The notes under the pieces are model-generated. The model made no database searches, was not told the DNA's origin, and was given only the letters and a program-made list of their open reading frames with translations. A program made the position numbers and the translations under genes. DNA of 64,000 nucleotides, taken from positions 117,207 to 181,206 of the forward strand of contig URLO01000001.1 of NCBI GenBank assembly GCA_900548625.1. The letters are read 5' to 3'. Shown one piece after another: positions 27,330-36,977 of this stretch (its first letter is position 1; each line of letters starts with the position of its first letter). The stretch is from an uncultured Eubacteriales bacterium. Lineage in GTDB: Bacteria; Bacillota; Clostridia; Oscillospirales; Oscillospiraceae.

Positions 27330-30300
27330 AGAAAAGCGGCAAAACGGCAGAAGCGCTGACGGCAGACCCTGTTCAAAAGGAAGGCTGGCTCGGCGAGAGG
27401 GATTATAACAGCATGTCGGGCTGGATGTTTACGGCCCGGAACAGCATGCCGAATGTGGGCTGCGCCCAATTCAAGGTTCAAAGCGGCGATGTGATCCGCT
27501 GGCAGTTTTCGCTCTATGACTACGGTGCCGATCTTGGCTACGATAACAACTGGGGCACGGGAGCTGGTCCGTATTTTACAGCGGCGAACAAGGACGAACT
27601 GTGCCGGAAATACGCCGCGAGCACGGACGAAACGTTCCGCGCGAACGCGAAGACGGTGCTTGAAAATCTGACGGCAACGGAGGCGGATATCGCTGCCGCG
27701 CTCAAGGGCGAGACGCCCGAAATCTCCACCAAGCCGACCGGCATCAAAATCACGGCGCCAACAACAAAGCAAGCGGAAATCGGATACAATGAGCTGGAAA
27801 ACTTCAAGCCGGAACAGTTGGAGTATCACGTTCAGACGACGACGCAGAAAACAAGATGGATGGGGCCAATGACGGTAACTGTGGTGCATCCAGATGAAAA
27901 AGCCACGGTCAAGTTGGAAATTCAGCAAGATGCGGATGGCGGTACATCGACCGTAGACAGGACGGCTTCCGGTTCTGTAAACAATGCTATAAAAATCATG
28001 GCAACACAGCCGATGCAAACTTATCTGAGCAAACTGACTGTCAAGGTTGCCTCGCAGGGCGAAACGACAACGTATACGATCTGGCTGCATTCCGGTAAGC
28101 CATATCCTGTCACCAACCCGTCTTACACCTGGGACGGCGGCGAATGCGCGAAGGCAAATTATAAAACCGACAGGACGAAAAAGATTGTGCAGATCTTCCT
28201 TTCGGCGGATACGCCGGATGACGCGCTGCTTACCGTTGACCCCAAGCTCGGCTATCAGATCAAAACAACCTGGGACGGAAAGGTACAGCTGAAAGATGGT
28301 GCGGCAACCGTCAGCGCGATGGCTTATGTCGGCAATGCAGCCAACACCACCAATGTCACATTCCAGTTCCTGCGTGATCCCGATGTCTCCATCAAGAGCA
28401 TCCGCGCAAACAACACCGCGCTGACCAATGTAAAGGGCACGCAGGCGTCTCCCGCGTGGGTCTATCAGACCTATATAGAGGGTGATAAGCTGGAGCTGAA
28501 CGTGGTTCCAACCTCCGAATTCGCGACAGTCACGTATCAGAACGGGACACCCGATAAAAACGGCGTTATCGTATCCACGGCGACCGTGACGGCGGGCGAT
28601 GCACGCACCACCCGAACCTATACGGTGTACGGCTATCCGAAAACCGGCAGTTCGGACAAGCTGGCTGATTTGCAATTGTATCTCTGCCGGTTCGCTGCAT
28701 CGAGCTCGGAGTCTTCTAACGCCATCGCTCTGGATTTCGGCTTTGACCCGGACAAAACAGAATACAGCATCGAATTCCAGCGTCCCCAATACTATCAGCT
28801 TTATGCGCAGGCAATCGCCGCAAACGCGGAGTCGAAGATTACAGCGCGCACGGTGAACCGTACCGGCGACACACAGACCAACGATACTGTCGAGCTTTCG
28901 ACCGGGATGCTTCAGATTGTCAGCAACCTCAATGAATTTGATTATTGGGCAAAGCTGGTCATTACTGTGACGCCCACGGATGGCGAGCCTCGTGATTATA
29001 CGATTTATCTCAAGGACAAGGACCTACCGCTTTCTGCGGAGGCCGCGCTTTCCTCGCTCTCCTATCAGATCGGTACCGGTGAGGCAATCAGCGTGCCGGA
29101 CTTCAAGACCTCCAAGCGCGAGTACAGCGTAACGCTTCCGTACGGCACGGAGCAGGTTCGGCTGCTGCCGAAGACCAGTAATCCCGGCGCCGTCCTGTCC
29201 GGTGAAACAGAGCTGACACTGGTAAACGGCACGGCGGAGGCGGTCTTCAACATTACCTCTGCGGATGGAACGGTCAACAGCACCTATACAGTCCGTTTTA
29301 CCACAGCGGAACACTCCAAATATCTGTCCAGCCTGAGCTACAAGGTCGGCGCGGCGGAGCCCGCCGCTGTCGAGGGCTTTAACAAGGAAACAGATGCGTT
29401 TGCTGTCATTCTTCCGCAGGATACGGCAGACGGGCAGGAACTTACGCTTGTCGGCACTCCTGAAAACCCGGCAGCACAGGTATCCTCTCAGCCGGTTCAG
29501 GTCAGCGGCGGCAAGGCCGTAGCCACGATCACGGTGACGGATAACGAGCTCACACGCACCTACAGCGTCTATTTCTATGTCGGCGCAGTCCGTCAGGAAA
29601 ACAATGAGCTGGCCGACCTGCGCTTTGAAAGCGAGCAGCTGAAATCCAGCGAGCTGGATCAGTTTATCTCCGGCAAAACGGAATATACCCTCTATTTTAT
29701 GCCCAGCGGCACGGGAGAGGTCACGGACGGCACTATTACAGCGACACTCCCGGAGGGCAGCGACGCGGAAATTACTGTCCATTACCACAGAAATTCCTTC
29801 ACGCTCCCGCAGTGCGTCAATGAGACGCTGCAAAGCGGCGTTCCGTTCCAGATGACGAGCAATTCTACGCATCAGATTCTCAAGAGAAATACCCACCAGG
29901 TGGTAACAATTACCGTAACTCCGTCTGAGGGCGAACCGAAAAGCTACTCGCTGAACCTGATCAACGGCGACGGAAGCGTGGACATGGTCGATTTCAGTAT
30001 GCACATCCCGGAAATTGTTGTTCTCGACAAAGAAGGCAATGTGAAGGGTACGGTATCAGAGGGCAGTTGGAACATGTTCTTCCAGGACCGGGAGCGGACC
30101 TTCAATATTACACACGGCCTTGCTGAAACCGGCGATACGGTCAGAATCCGGTGCAATCTGGAGGACTACCTCGTTCATCCGGTACAGCCGTATTTCACGG
30201 GCATCCTCAGTGAGACGGAAGATATCACGGTTCCGATGACCTTTATCAACCAGAAGGGCGAGACCGGAACCAACTATTATACCTTCCACCTGTGCTCGGA

Positions 30301-33160
30301 GGTCGAATCCGTCCACACCTTCGAAGCAATCAGCTATCATGTAGGGGATGGTGCGGAGATCAGCATTCCGATGAGCAGCTTCCGCGCAGGCGGCAAGAAC
30401 GGCGATGACGACGTAATGGTCACAGACGATATTATCCTTCCGGAAGGCACGTCTGATTCCGAAGAAATCCAGATCACGACCATGCGCAGCATAAACGGTA
30501 GCATCAGCACATTTACGTACCATCTGGACAAGGGTGCGGTGCAGGCAAGCGTGACATGCCGCGCACGCTCCGGTGAAGGCACAGTCTACCGGATCAATTT
30601 CAAGGTTGCTTCGGCTACTGCGGCCAATGCGCAGCTTGCAATGGCAAATTACACTGTGAACGGCGGCGAGATACAGAATGTTCCGGATTTCGCATCCGAT
30701 GTCTACAGTTATCAGTGCCTTGTTCCGAGCCTGCAGGACGGCGATGAAGTCAAATTGACCGTACTTCCCAAATTCAGCGACGCAGCCGTAACGGGCACGC
30801 TGAGCGCAGCTGCGGAAAATGGCTATGTATATCTCGAAGCGAACGTAACCTCGGCAGACGGAACGGCCAGCCATACCTATGGTTTTGAATTCGCAGATCA
30901 TTTTGACGCTACAACGCAGAAGGGCCTCACCGACCTCACCTACAGCATCGGCAGCGAGACCACGCGCCGCAGCATCAAGGGTTTCAGCAGCAACGGCTCT
31001 CTCTTCACGGTTACACTGCCATATGGAACGCCGGATAACGAGACCATTCACTTCTATCCGACGCTTGGCAGCGCTTCGGACGCAGAGATCGTAGGTGATA
31101 CCGATATTCAGCTGGAAAACGGCAGCGGCATGCTGCGCCTCACGCTCAGCTACCCGCACGGGAAGCCTAAGACGATTTCGGTTACGATCAGGCGCGAGGG
31201 CAAGATCATGTCTGTCTATGAGTATCTGCCCATCGGCTCGCAGTATACCAACAAGAGCTTCGGCAGCTCGCCCATTGTCTATGACGGCACGCATAAGCTG
31301 ATCGCGCCGCCCAACAACTGGATGAACTGCCAGACCTGCGGCAACTTCGGCGGCTACATGACCTATAAGCTCACAAATCCGCTGAAAAATGACCCGGCAA
31401 ACCCCTACGGTATTGACTTCATCGTCTACGGCAACAGCCAGGGCGGCTACGGCTACGGCGAGCCCGCCAGCATCTGGGTCGCGCAGGACAAGGACAACGA
31501 CGGCCAGCCCGACAAGTGGTACGAGCTTGCCGGCAGCGCGCACTATGACGCGGAGACCACCTGGAACTATCAGGTCACGTACATCAAGGAAAACGACGGC
31601 TCCACCGCCTATGAAACCTCCAAGGGCGAGACCGGGGCGTTCCCGGGATATGAGTATCCGGACATCGACAGGTACGGCTCGCAGGGCGTGGTCGTTGACC
31701 CGGTCAAGATGACCCTCACCGGCACGCTGCTCGATGAAAAGACACGCGAGCCGCTCTTTGGCTACGGTGACGTGCACGCAAACGACGAAGGCGGCATCGA
31801 GACCCCGATGAACCCCTACCGCCCCGGCAGCGATCAGGACAGCTTCAGCGATGTCCACAACCGCGGCGACGCGATGGATATCTCCTGGGCCGTCGATGAA
31901 AACGGCCTGCCTGTCGAGCTTGACGAGATCAGCTTCATCAAGGCTGTCAACGCCTCGTTCGTGCTGCACTCGGCTTTCGGCGAACGCTCGGCAGAGATTT
32001 ATGTTATCGTGCCGCTCTATGGCAACGCAGACAAGGAGGCTGTTGGCCAGAGCGCCGAGCTTTCCGGCATCACGCTTGAGGACGCAAAGACCGGCGCGCA
32101 GACCGCATCGCTGCCCTTCAAGTCCGGCAAGTATGTTTATACGTTTGAGGCCTCTGCACTCGCAGACCAGACGCTCAAATTGAACGCTCCAGATGGCGCG
32201 AACGTGATCGTCAACAACGCGCATTATGACGAGGACGCCGGTTATCTGCTGAAAAACGCGATCCGGATCGCGGACGACACCACCATGCTCCGCATCGTGG
32301 TGCAGGAGGGCGAGAAGGAGCCGACGCTCTACTACCTGACCATCCGCGACAGCAGCAGTGCAAGGTGGACGCTCCGCTTTGACGCGAACGGCGGTCTGAT
32401 CGACGGGGAAGAAACGCTCACGCACAGCTACTATTCTGACCAGTCCGGCGAAAAGCTCCCGGTTCCCACGCGCGCGGGATATACCTTCCTCGGCTGGTAC
32501 GACGGCGAGACCCGCTACGAAGCGCTGACCGACGCGCTTGCCAGCGGCACGACGCTGACGGCAAAGTGGCAGGAAAGTAATGATACGCCCGTCCCGCCAG
32601 TCGGCCCGTCGAAGCCCTCCAAGCCCTCGACATCCGATACCAGCAAGGATAACCTCCCGTTCACGGATGTTGCATCCGGCAGCTGGTACTATGATGGTGT
32701 GAAGTATGCTTGCGACAACGGTCTGATGAACGGCACGTCCGCGAACGCGTTCAGCCCGAACGCCGACACGACCCGCAGCATGATCGTCACGATCCTTGCC
32801 CGTATGGAGGGCGTCAATACCTCCGGCGGCGCGACATGGTACACCGCTGGCCGTGCATGGGCGATGGAAAACGGCATTTCGGACGGCACGAATATGGAGG
32901 GCAAGATCACCCGTGAGCAGCTTGCCGCCATGCTCTACCGCTACGCGAAGATGAAGGGTTACGACGTTTCCGCATCCGCTTCCCTCTCCGGCTACACCGA
33001 CGCTTCCAGCGTTTCCGGCTGGGCGAAGGAAGCCATGCAGTGGGCGGTCGGCTCCGGCCTCATCCAGGGCAGCAACAATGCGCTGACCCCGCAGGCCAAC
33101 GCCTCCCGCGCGCAGATCGCCACGATCCTCATGCGCTTTGCGCAGAACATCGCAAAGTAA
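27326..33160 (+). CDS. giant cell-surface protein: rest of DUF4430 domain, >15 cadherin-like/Ig-like beta-sandwich repeats, Listeria-Bacteroides repeat, three C-terminal SLH domains
   Basis: GWMFTARNSMPNVGCAQFKVQSGDVIRWQFSLYDYGADLG (DUF4430 C-half). Repeated L..LSY.VG.GE...V.GF.....Y.V.LP motifs. GYTFLGWYDGET (Flg_new). SLH motifs x3 at the C-terminus. Hairpin ggaggggcggatcatccgcccctcc + TTTTTT terminator at 33181-33212. Confidence 0.75.
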   Translation: MKKSGKTAEALTADPVQKEGWLGERDYNSMSGWMFTARNSMPNVGCAQFKVQSGDVIRWQFSLYDYGADLGYDNNWGTGAGPYFTAANKDELCRKYAASTDETFRANAKTVLENLTATEADIAAALKGETPEISTKPTGIKITAPTTKQAEIGYNELENFKPEQLEYHVQTTTQKTRWMGPMTVTVVHPDEKATVKLEIQQDADGGTSTVDRTASGSVNNAIKIMATQPMQTYLSKLTVKVASQGETTTYTIWLHSGKPYPVTNPSYTWDGGECAKANYKTDRTKKIVQIFLSADTPDDALLTVDPKLGYQIKTTWDGKVQLKDGAATVSAMAYVGNAANTTNVTFQFLRDPDVSIKSIRANNTALTNVKGTQASPAWVYQTYIEGDKLELNVVPTSEFATVTYQNGTPDKNGVIVSTATVTAGDARTTRTYTVYGYPKTGSSDKLADLQLYLCRFAASSSESSNAIALDFGFDPDKTEYSIEFQRPQYYQLYAQAIAANAESKITARTVNRTGDTQTNDTVELSTGMLQIVSNLNEFDYWAKLVITVTPTDGEPRDYTIYLKDKDLPLSAEAALSSLSYQIGTGEAISVPDFKTSKREYSVTLPYGTEQVRLLPKTSNPGAVLSGETELTLVNGTAEAVFNITSADGTVNSTYTVRFTTAEHSKYLSSLSYKVGAAEPAAVEGFNKETDAFAVILPQDTADGQELTLVGTPENPAAQVSSQPVQVSGGKAVATITVTDNELTRTYSVYFYVGAVRQENNELADLRFESEQLKSSELDQFISGKTEYTLYFMPSGTGEVTDGTITATLPEGSDAEITVHYHRNSFTLPQCVNETLQSGVPFQMTSNSTHQILKRNTHQVVTITVTPSEGEPKSYSLNLINGDGSVDMVDFSMHIPEIVVLDKEGNVKGTVSEGSWNMFFQDRERTFNITHGLAETGDTVRIRCNLEDYLVHPVQPYFTGILSETEDITVPMTFINQKGETGTNYYTFHLCSEVESVHTFEAISYHVGDGAEISIPMSSFRAGGKNGDDDVMVTDDIILPEGTSDSEEIQITTMRSINGSISTFTYHLDKGAVQASVTCRARSGEGTVYRINFKVASATAANAQLAMANYTVNGGEIQNVPDFASDVYSYQCLVPSLQDGDEVKLTVLPKFSDAAVTGTLSAAAENGYVYLEANVTSADGTASHTYGFEFADHFDATTQKGLTDLTYSIGSETTRRSIKGFSSNGSLFTVTLPYGTPDNETIHFYPTLGSASDAEIVGDTDIQLENGSGMLRLTLSYPHGKPKTISVTIRREGKIMSVYEYLPIGSQYTNKSFGSSPIVYDGTHKLIAPPNNWMNCQTCGNFGGYMTYKLTNPLKNDPANPYGIDFIVYGNSQGGYGYGEPASIWVAQDKDNDGQPDKWYELAGSAHYDAETTWNYQVTYIKENDGSTAYETSKGETGAFPGYEYPDIDRYGSQGVVVDPVKMTLTGTLLDEKTREPLFGYGDVHANDEGGIETPMNPYRPGSDQDSFSDVHNRGDAMDISWAVDENGLPVELDEISFIKAVNASFVLHSAFGERSAEIYVIVPLYGNADKEAVGQSAELSGITLEDAKTGAQTASLPFKSGKYVYTFEASALADQTLKLNAPDGANVIVNNAHYDEDAGYLLKNAIRIADDTTMLRIVVQEGEKEPTLYYLTIRDSSSARWTLRFDANGGLIDGEETLTHSYYSDQSGEKLPVPTRAGYTFLGWYDGETRYEALTDALASGTTLTAKWQESNDTPVPPVGPSKPSKPSTSDTSKDNLPFTDVASGSWYYDGVKYACDNGLMNGTSANAFSPNADTTRSMIVTILARMEGVNTSGGATWYTAGRAWAMENGISDGTNMEGKITREQLAAMLYRYAKMKGYDVSASASLSGYTDASSVSGWAKEAMQWAVGSGLIQGSNNALTPQANASRAQIATILMRFAQNIAK

Positions 33161-33180
33161 TCCTGCAAACGGTTTTTCCC

Positions 33181-33212
33181 GGAGGGGCGGATCATCCGCC
33201 CCTCCATTTTTT
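33181..33212 (+). terminator. intrinsic terminator of the surface-protein gene
   Basis: GGAGGGGCGG-atcat-CCGCCCCTCC followed by ATTTTTT. Confidence 0.6.
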
Positions 33213-33230
33213 ATTGCAGAGGAGACGAAC

Positions 33231-33458
33231 ATGGAAGAAGCACGATTGACAGAGTATTTGTTTCAACGGCTGCTGGACGCAGTTTTTCTGACAAAACACA
33301 ACATGGCCCGGCAGCTCGGCCTGTCGTACAAAGCGCTGCGGCAGGTCCAGACAGCACAGCGCATGACCCAGAAAACCGCGGATGCCATGGAGCGTCTGCT
33401 GCAATACTGTGTGCGCAACCAGATTCCATTAGACCGTTACCTCTCGGAATACCGGTAA
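33231..33458 (+). CDS. small HTH-domain protein
   Basis: 75 aa; AGGAGA RBS. HNMARQLGLSYKALRQV is paralogous to the N-terminus of the 34498 gene. Confidence 0.4.
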   Translation: MEEARLTEYLFQRLLDAVFLTKHNMARQLGLSYKALRQVQTAQRMTQKTADAMERLLQYCVRNQIPLDRYLSEYR

Positions 33459-33465
33459 GGAGAAA

Positions 33466-33512
33466 ATCCCCCTGTGACAGAAAATACTCTGTCACAGGGG
33501 GATTTTTTCGTT
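33466..33512. terminator. bidirectional intrinsic terminator
   Basis: aaaatccccctgtgacag-aaaatact-ctgtcacagggggatttttt between convergent genes. Confidence 0.6.
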
Positions 33513-33762
33513 ATAGCAGGCCGAGACTTCGGCGCAGATAATACTGTCCAACCTCGGAAAAGCGTTTTTGCAGATTGCCCGGCGTTGGCTCTTGCCCTTC
33601 CGCCAGCAGCCGGAAAATGGCGGCATCCACCACGTCCATATCCAGCGCAGTATACTCGTCGGTAAACATCCGGTCGATCAAGTCCAACAGTTTCTGCCGC
33701 GAGAAGCTGCGGCGCATATCCCGCAGGTCCTGCACGGTCAAGTCAGCGGCGTTTTGTGACAT
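33511..33762 (-). CDS. hypothetical protein
   Basis: 83 aa; convergent with the upstream gene and shares the terminator. Confidence 0.35.
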   Translation of the reverse strand: MSQNAADLTVQDLRDMRRSFSRQKLLDLIDRMFTDEYTALDMDVVDAAIFRLLAEGQEPTPGNLQKRFSEVGQYYLRRSLGLL

Positions 33763-33931
33763 GAGAGCTTCCTCCTATCCGACTGTATGCGGCAGAATGT
33801 GCCTCATAACGGAAGATTATTTTGTAAAATACGGCGTTATAAGGGAAGATGTTCCGTTATAGGCTTCTGTATCAAATCCGGGGTCTTCGGTAAAATATCT
33901 GTACAGATACTGAGGAAAAAGAGGTGCGCGT

Positions 33932-34291
33932 ATGCCCATATCCTATAAAGTCATCGGCAGGCATATCCGGGACGCACGAAAGCGCGCAGGTCTTACGCAG
34001 GAAGCAGCTGCCAATCAGCTGGGCCTGTCGCCGGAGCATTACGGCAAGGTCGAGCGCGGAGAGCGCACGGTCAATCTGGAACGGCTGGTGCAGATCAGCC
34101 ATCTGTATGGGACGACGGTCTGTGCGCTGCTGGAAGGCTTTGATACCGACGCAGCGCCCGTGACCCAGCGGCCAGCGGAAATGGATGCGTTTCTGTCCGC
34201 CATGCGCGAAATTGCAGGCGGCTGCACGGAACAAAGCCGCGCGCTCATGCTGCGCGTCTGCGCAGAGATCGCAGCCAGCGACAAAAACTGA
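33932..34291 (+). CDS. XRE-family HTH transcriptional regulator
   Basis: RHIRDARKRAGLTQEAAANQLGLSPEHYGKVERGER is a canonical HTH_3. Terminator GCCCGCTC-cttgt-GAGCGGGC + TTTTT at 34303-34329. Confidence 0.7.
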   Translation: MPISYKVIGRHIRDARKRAGLTQEAAANQLGLSPEHYGKVERGERTVNLERLVQISHLYGTTVCALLEGFDTDAAPVTQRPAEMDAFLSAMREIAGGCTEQSRALMLRVCAEIAASDKN

Positions 34292-34497
34292 ACACCTTGG
34301 ATGCCCGCTCCTTGTGAGCGGGCTTTTTCTTTCTCTACTATACCATAGATTTTCAGAAAAACGTCAAGGAAAGGATGAAAAATCTTTCGCCATTTTCAAG
34401 GGTTTTATGCCCGCAGGGGTGACAAATTTATCACGTTCCCGAATCGCAGAATTGCTTGTAAAATAGGAATCGTCGAAACGAGAAGGGAGATAAATCT

Positions 34498-35025
34498 ATG
34501 GAGAAGGGGCTAACGTCCTATGTGCTGAACTATCTTCTGAGTACCTGTTTTGACAGCAAAGCAGATATGGCACGACAGCTGGATATGAGCAAGCGCGCCC
34601 TGCAGCGCGTGATGAACGAGCCGCAGCTGAGTAAAGGCGGCAGCGTCGCGCTGGTCAAGGCGCTGTGCTACTGCGCTCGGCACCATGTCCCCGTGGACCC
34701 GATCCTGCGCGAATATGCGGCACATGATACGGATGAACAGAAAGATTTGATCTACGACCCCAGTACCGTCAATCTCGCAGCCTACACCCGCCTGACCCTG
34801 CCCATGCCGGAGCATTTGACCGCAGAGGGCGCGGAGGTGTTTGTATCCATGCTCCGCTTTCTACAGCGGGCCTCGGCGCACATCTGCCCGAACTGCATGG
34901 TCTGGTGCAACCCATGGGACGGAACGGCACGATTTATGGAAAGCAGCTGCTACCTTGCGCGGATGGCGCGGTGTATCTGCCGGGAGGTCGCCTCATTATA
35001 CACAGAAAGCTGGAACAAGCTATGA
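34498..35025 (+). CDS. HTH-domain protein with Cys-rich C-terminal region
   Basis: N-terminal HTH paralogous to 33231; C-terminus has CPNCMVWC...C...CIC. GAAGGGAG RBS; stop overlaps the next start (ATGA). Confidence 0.4.
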   Translation: MEKGLTSYVLNYLLSTCFDSKADMARQLDMSKRALQRVMNEPQLSKGGSVALVKALCYCARHHVPVDPILREYAAHDTDEQKDLIYDPSTVNLAAYTRLTLPMPEHLTAEGAEVFVSMLRFLQRASAHICPNCMVWCNPWDGTARFMESSCYLARMARCICREVASLYTESWNKL

Positions 35026-35834
35026 TTTATGAAACAGATTTGTTTTCGTTCTCCTTTGTCCCGAACTGGTATTTACAGCTGGATGCGCTGGCAGAGCTGG
35101 CGCTCCCGGAGCCGTGGCGTTTCCGCAGCGGCAGCTATTCCGAGAAAAATTATGATACACCGATCTTAGAGCGATACATTCAATCTATTTTTCGCAAACA
35201 GGTCATCGACTACAATGCTGCAACTGACATGGCTGAGAAGGACCGGATCATCCTCATGCGCAACGAATACGCCTGCTTTCATACCGGCCTTTATACCAAG
35301 CGATATAAGCCCATCTATGCCTGCTTCGGCAGAAATAAAAAACTGGATTCTTTATTAAAGTGGTGCTTCCGGGGCTTCGCGGATGAAAACTCTGCGCTGC
35401 TGCGCTATATTTCCCCACTGCCGGAAAAGCCTCTCTACTCAATGCCGCTGCAAGGTATTCATTACGTTCCAGACTGGCCGGTGCGCGTCAACGTGGAGCA
35501 CATCCTCGGAGACCCGGCCAATGTCGCAAGATTGCCTACCGAACTGCAAAGCGCCCGCAATCTGCCTCTCCTTCTGGAAACGGCGGTTGAGCTGGCGCGC
35601 CGAAAAGCCATCGTCTCTCCCGGCGACGCTGTCCCGCAGATTTATCAGCAGAGGCTGCAATACCTCCTGCCGCTGTGTCTGACGGATATGGAGACGCCGG
35701 ACCTCGCCATCACCCTCCGGCCCATGGACGGGTATTACATGGGATATACCTGCCTGACCTTGGAGATGGCCTATCTGAACGCACGGCTTCTGGCACGGCC
35801 CACAGCCAAATGGCTGCTGGATTTGGTGGAATAG
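35022..35834 (+). CDS. hypothetical protein (DUF3825-like?), translationally coupled to the upstream HTH gene
   Basis: 271 aa, no TM; ATGA overlap at 35022-35025. Confidence 0.35.
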   Translation: MIYETDLFSFSFVPNWYLQLDALAELALPEPWRFRSGSYSEKNYDTPILERYIQSIFRKQVIDYNAATDMAEKDRIILMRNEYACFHTGLYTKRYKPIYACFGRNKKLDSLLKWCFRGFADENSALLRYISPLPEKPLYSMPLQGIHYVPDWPVRVNVEHILGDPANVARLPTELQSARNLPLLLETAVELARRKAIVSPGDAVPQIYQQRLQYLLPLCLTDMETPDLAITLRPMDGYYMGYTCLTLEMAYLNARLLARPTAKWLLDLVE

Positions 35835-35908
35835 CGATTCTGGAATGTACATAGAGAGGTCCAATCGCCCCGTGCTCTGCGGGACGTGGATATAAATATT
35901 ATGGTGTG

Positions 35909-35951
35909 AGCCTGCTGCACGGCACTTGAGTGTCGTGCGGCGGGCTTTTTT
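35909..35951 (+). terminator. intrinsic terminator
   Basis: GC-rich hairpin gcctgctgcacggcac...gtcgtgcggcgggc followed by TTTTTTT. Confidence 0.4.
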
Positions 35952-35999
35952 TCGTTTTGCGGCCAGAGTGCCGCCATGCAGGCCCCGAAAGGAGTCCGC

Positions 36000-36389
36000 A
36001 TGAAAATTCAGTACAAATTTGCAACCGAAACCGTGACCATTGAGGTCGATGACCGTTGGGGTGAACTCCTGGTGGATCTGAACCGCCAAGAGTACAACAA
36101 CGACCACAAGGAGACTCGACGCCACAGCAGTATGGATGCTCTGGCAGAACAGGGCGTCCAGTTTGCGGCGGAGCAGGACGCGCTTGCCGCGCTGTTCCAG
36201 GAGTCGAGCCGCACAGATATGCTCCGCGAGGCGGTCAAAACGCTGAAGCCCGCACAGCAGAGGCTTGTGCAGGCGGTCTATTACGACGGTATCAGCGTGA
36301 AGGACTACGCTGCGCGGGAGGGCGTTGACCCCTCGGCCATCACGCATCGCCTGCGCACCGTTAAAAATAAGCTCAAAAAACTTCTGTGA
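36000..36389 (+). CDS. sigma-70 region-4 (HTH) protein, mobile-element regulator
   Basis: C-terminus LKPAQQRLVQAVYYDGISVKDYAAREGVDPSAITHRLRTVKNKLKK is sigma-70 r4-like. AAAGGAG RBS before the MKIQ start. Printed sequence and ORF track differ by 1 nt here. Confidence 0.5.
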   Translation: MKIQYKFATETVTIEVDDRWGELLVDLNRQEYNNDHKETRRHSSMDALAEQGVQFAAEQDALAALFQESSRTDMLREAVKTLKPAQQRLVQAVYYDGISVKDYAAREGVDPSAITHRLRTVKNKLKKLL

Positions 36390-36457
36390 GACCCTCAGTT
36401 TTCCCGCTTTCTGTGGCTTATCTGAGAAGGGCAAACCAATACCGTCCTTCAGAAAGG

Positions 36458-36667
36458 ATGAAAACGGTGAAACATGATCTGGAAGTTCGTGTCACAGGCA
36501 GACCGCAGACTGAGCGGATTGTTCGGTGCAGGATCGTCAGCCTGCGTGAAAAGCTGCTGACGCGGCTATTCGGGAGACGGGAACAGATGATGATCCTCAT
36601 TCCCGGCCCCAGCGTGGAGTCTGTGTCTATCGCCGAGGCGGCGGAAGGAGGCGTGGCGCATGAGTAA
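36458..36667 (+). CDS. hypothetical small protein
   Basis: ~70-aa ORF; start uncertain (ATG 36458 or GTG 36467). Confidence 0.25.
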   Translation: MKTVKHDLEVRVTGRPQTERIVRCRIVSLREKLLTRLFGRREQMMILIPGPSVESVSIAEAAEGGVAHE

Positions 36668-36977
36668 AGTGAAACTCCTGCTTGCTGTCACGAAGAATCT
36701 TCGCTCCCTGGCGGACAGCGTTCAGGCTGTGGCAGATACCATGCTGCAGAATGAGTCGACTGTCGATGCAGAGCCGAAGGCCCCCGCACCCGTTCCCAAA
36801 AAGGAGTTGACGCTGGAAGAAGTCCGAGCGGTACTCGGCGAAAAGAGCCGGGCCGGATTCACGGCTGAGATCCAGGCACTCCTTAAAAAGTACGGCGCTC
36901 CGAAGCTCTCCGGCATCGACCCCAAGCACTATGAGGCGCTTCTCAAAGATGTGGAGGTGCTGAAGGATGCCACCTAA
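36660..36977 (+). CDS. hypothetical protein
   Basis: 105 aa, Lys/Ala-rich; overlaps neighbours. Confidence 0.3.
   Translation: MSKVKLLLAVTKNLRSLADSVQAVADTMLQNESTVDAEPKAPAPVPKKELTLEEVRAVLGEKSRAGFTAEIQALLKKYGAPKLSGIDPKHYEALLKDVEVLKDAT

Noticed and set aside
27260-33232. Long minus-strand ORFs (27260-28789, 29024-30004, 30056-33232) overlapping the surface-protein gene
   Set aside because: Antisense shadow ORFs typical of high-GC DNA. Translations are Arg/Ala/Gly-rich with no domain signatures, whereas the plus-strand gene has clear signal peptide, repeat and SLH domains.
35976-36062. Apparent frameshift/extra G in the sigma-70-like gene when read from the printed sequence
   Set aside because: The ORF track gives one uninterrupted frame. 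The discrepancy is a 1-nt inconsistency between the track and my reading of the printed text, not a biological feature.
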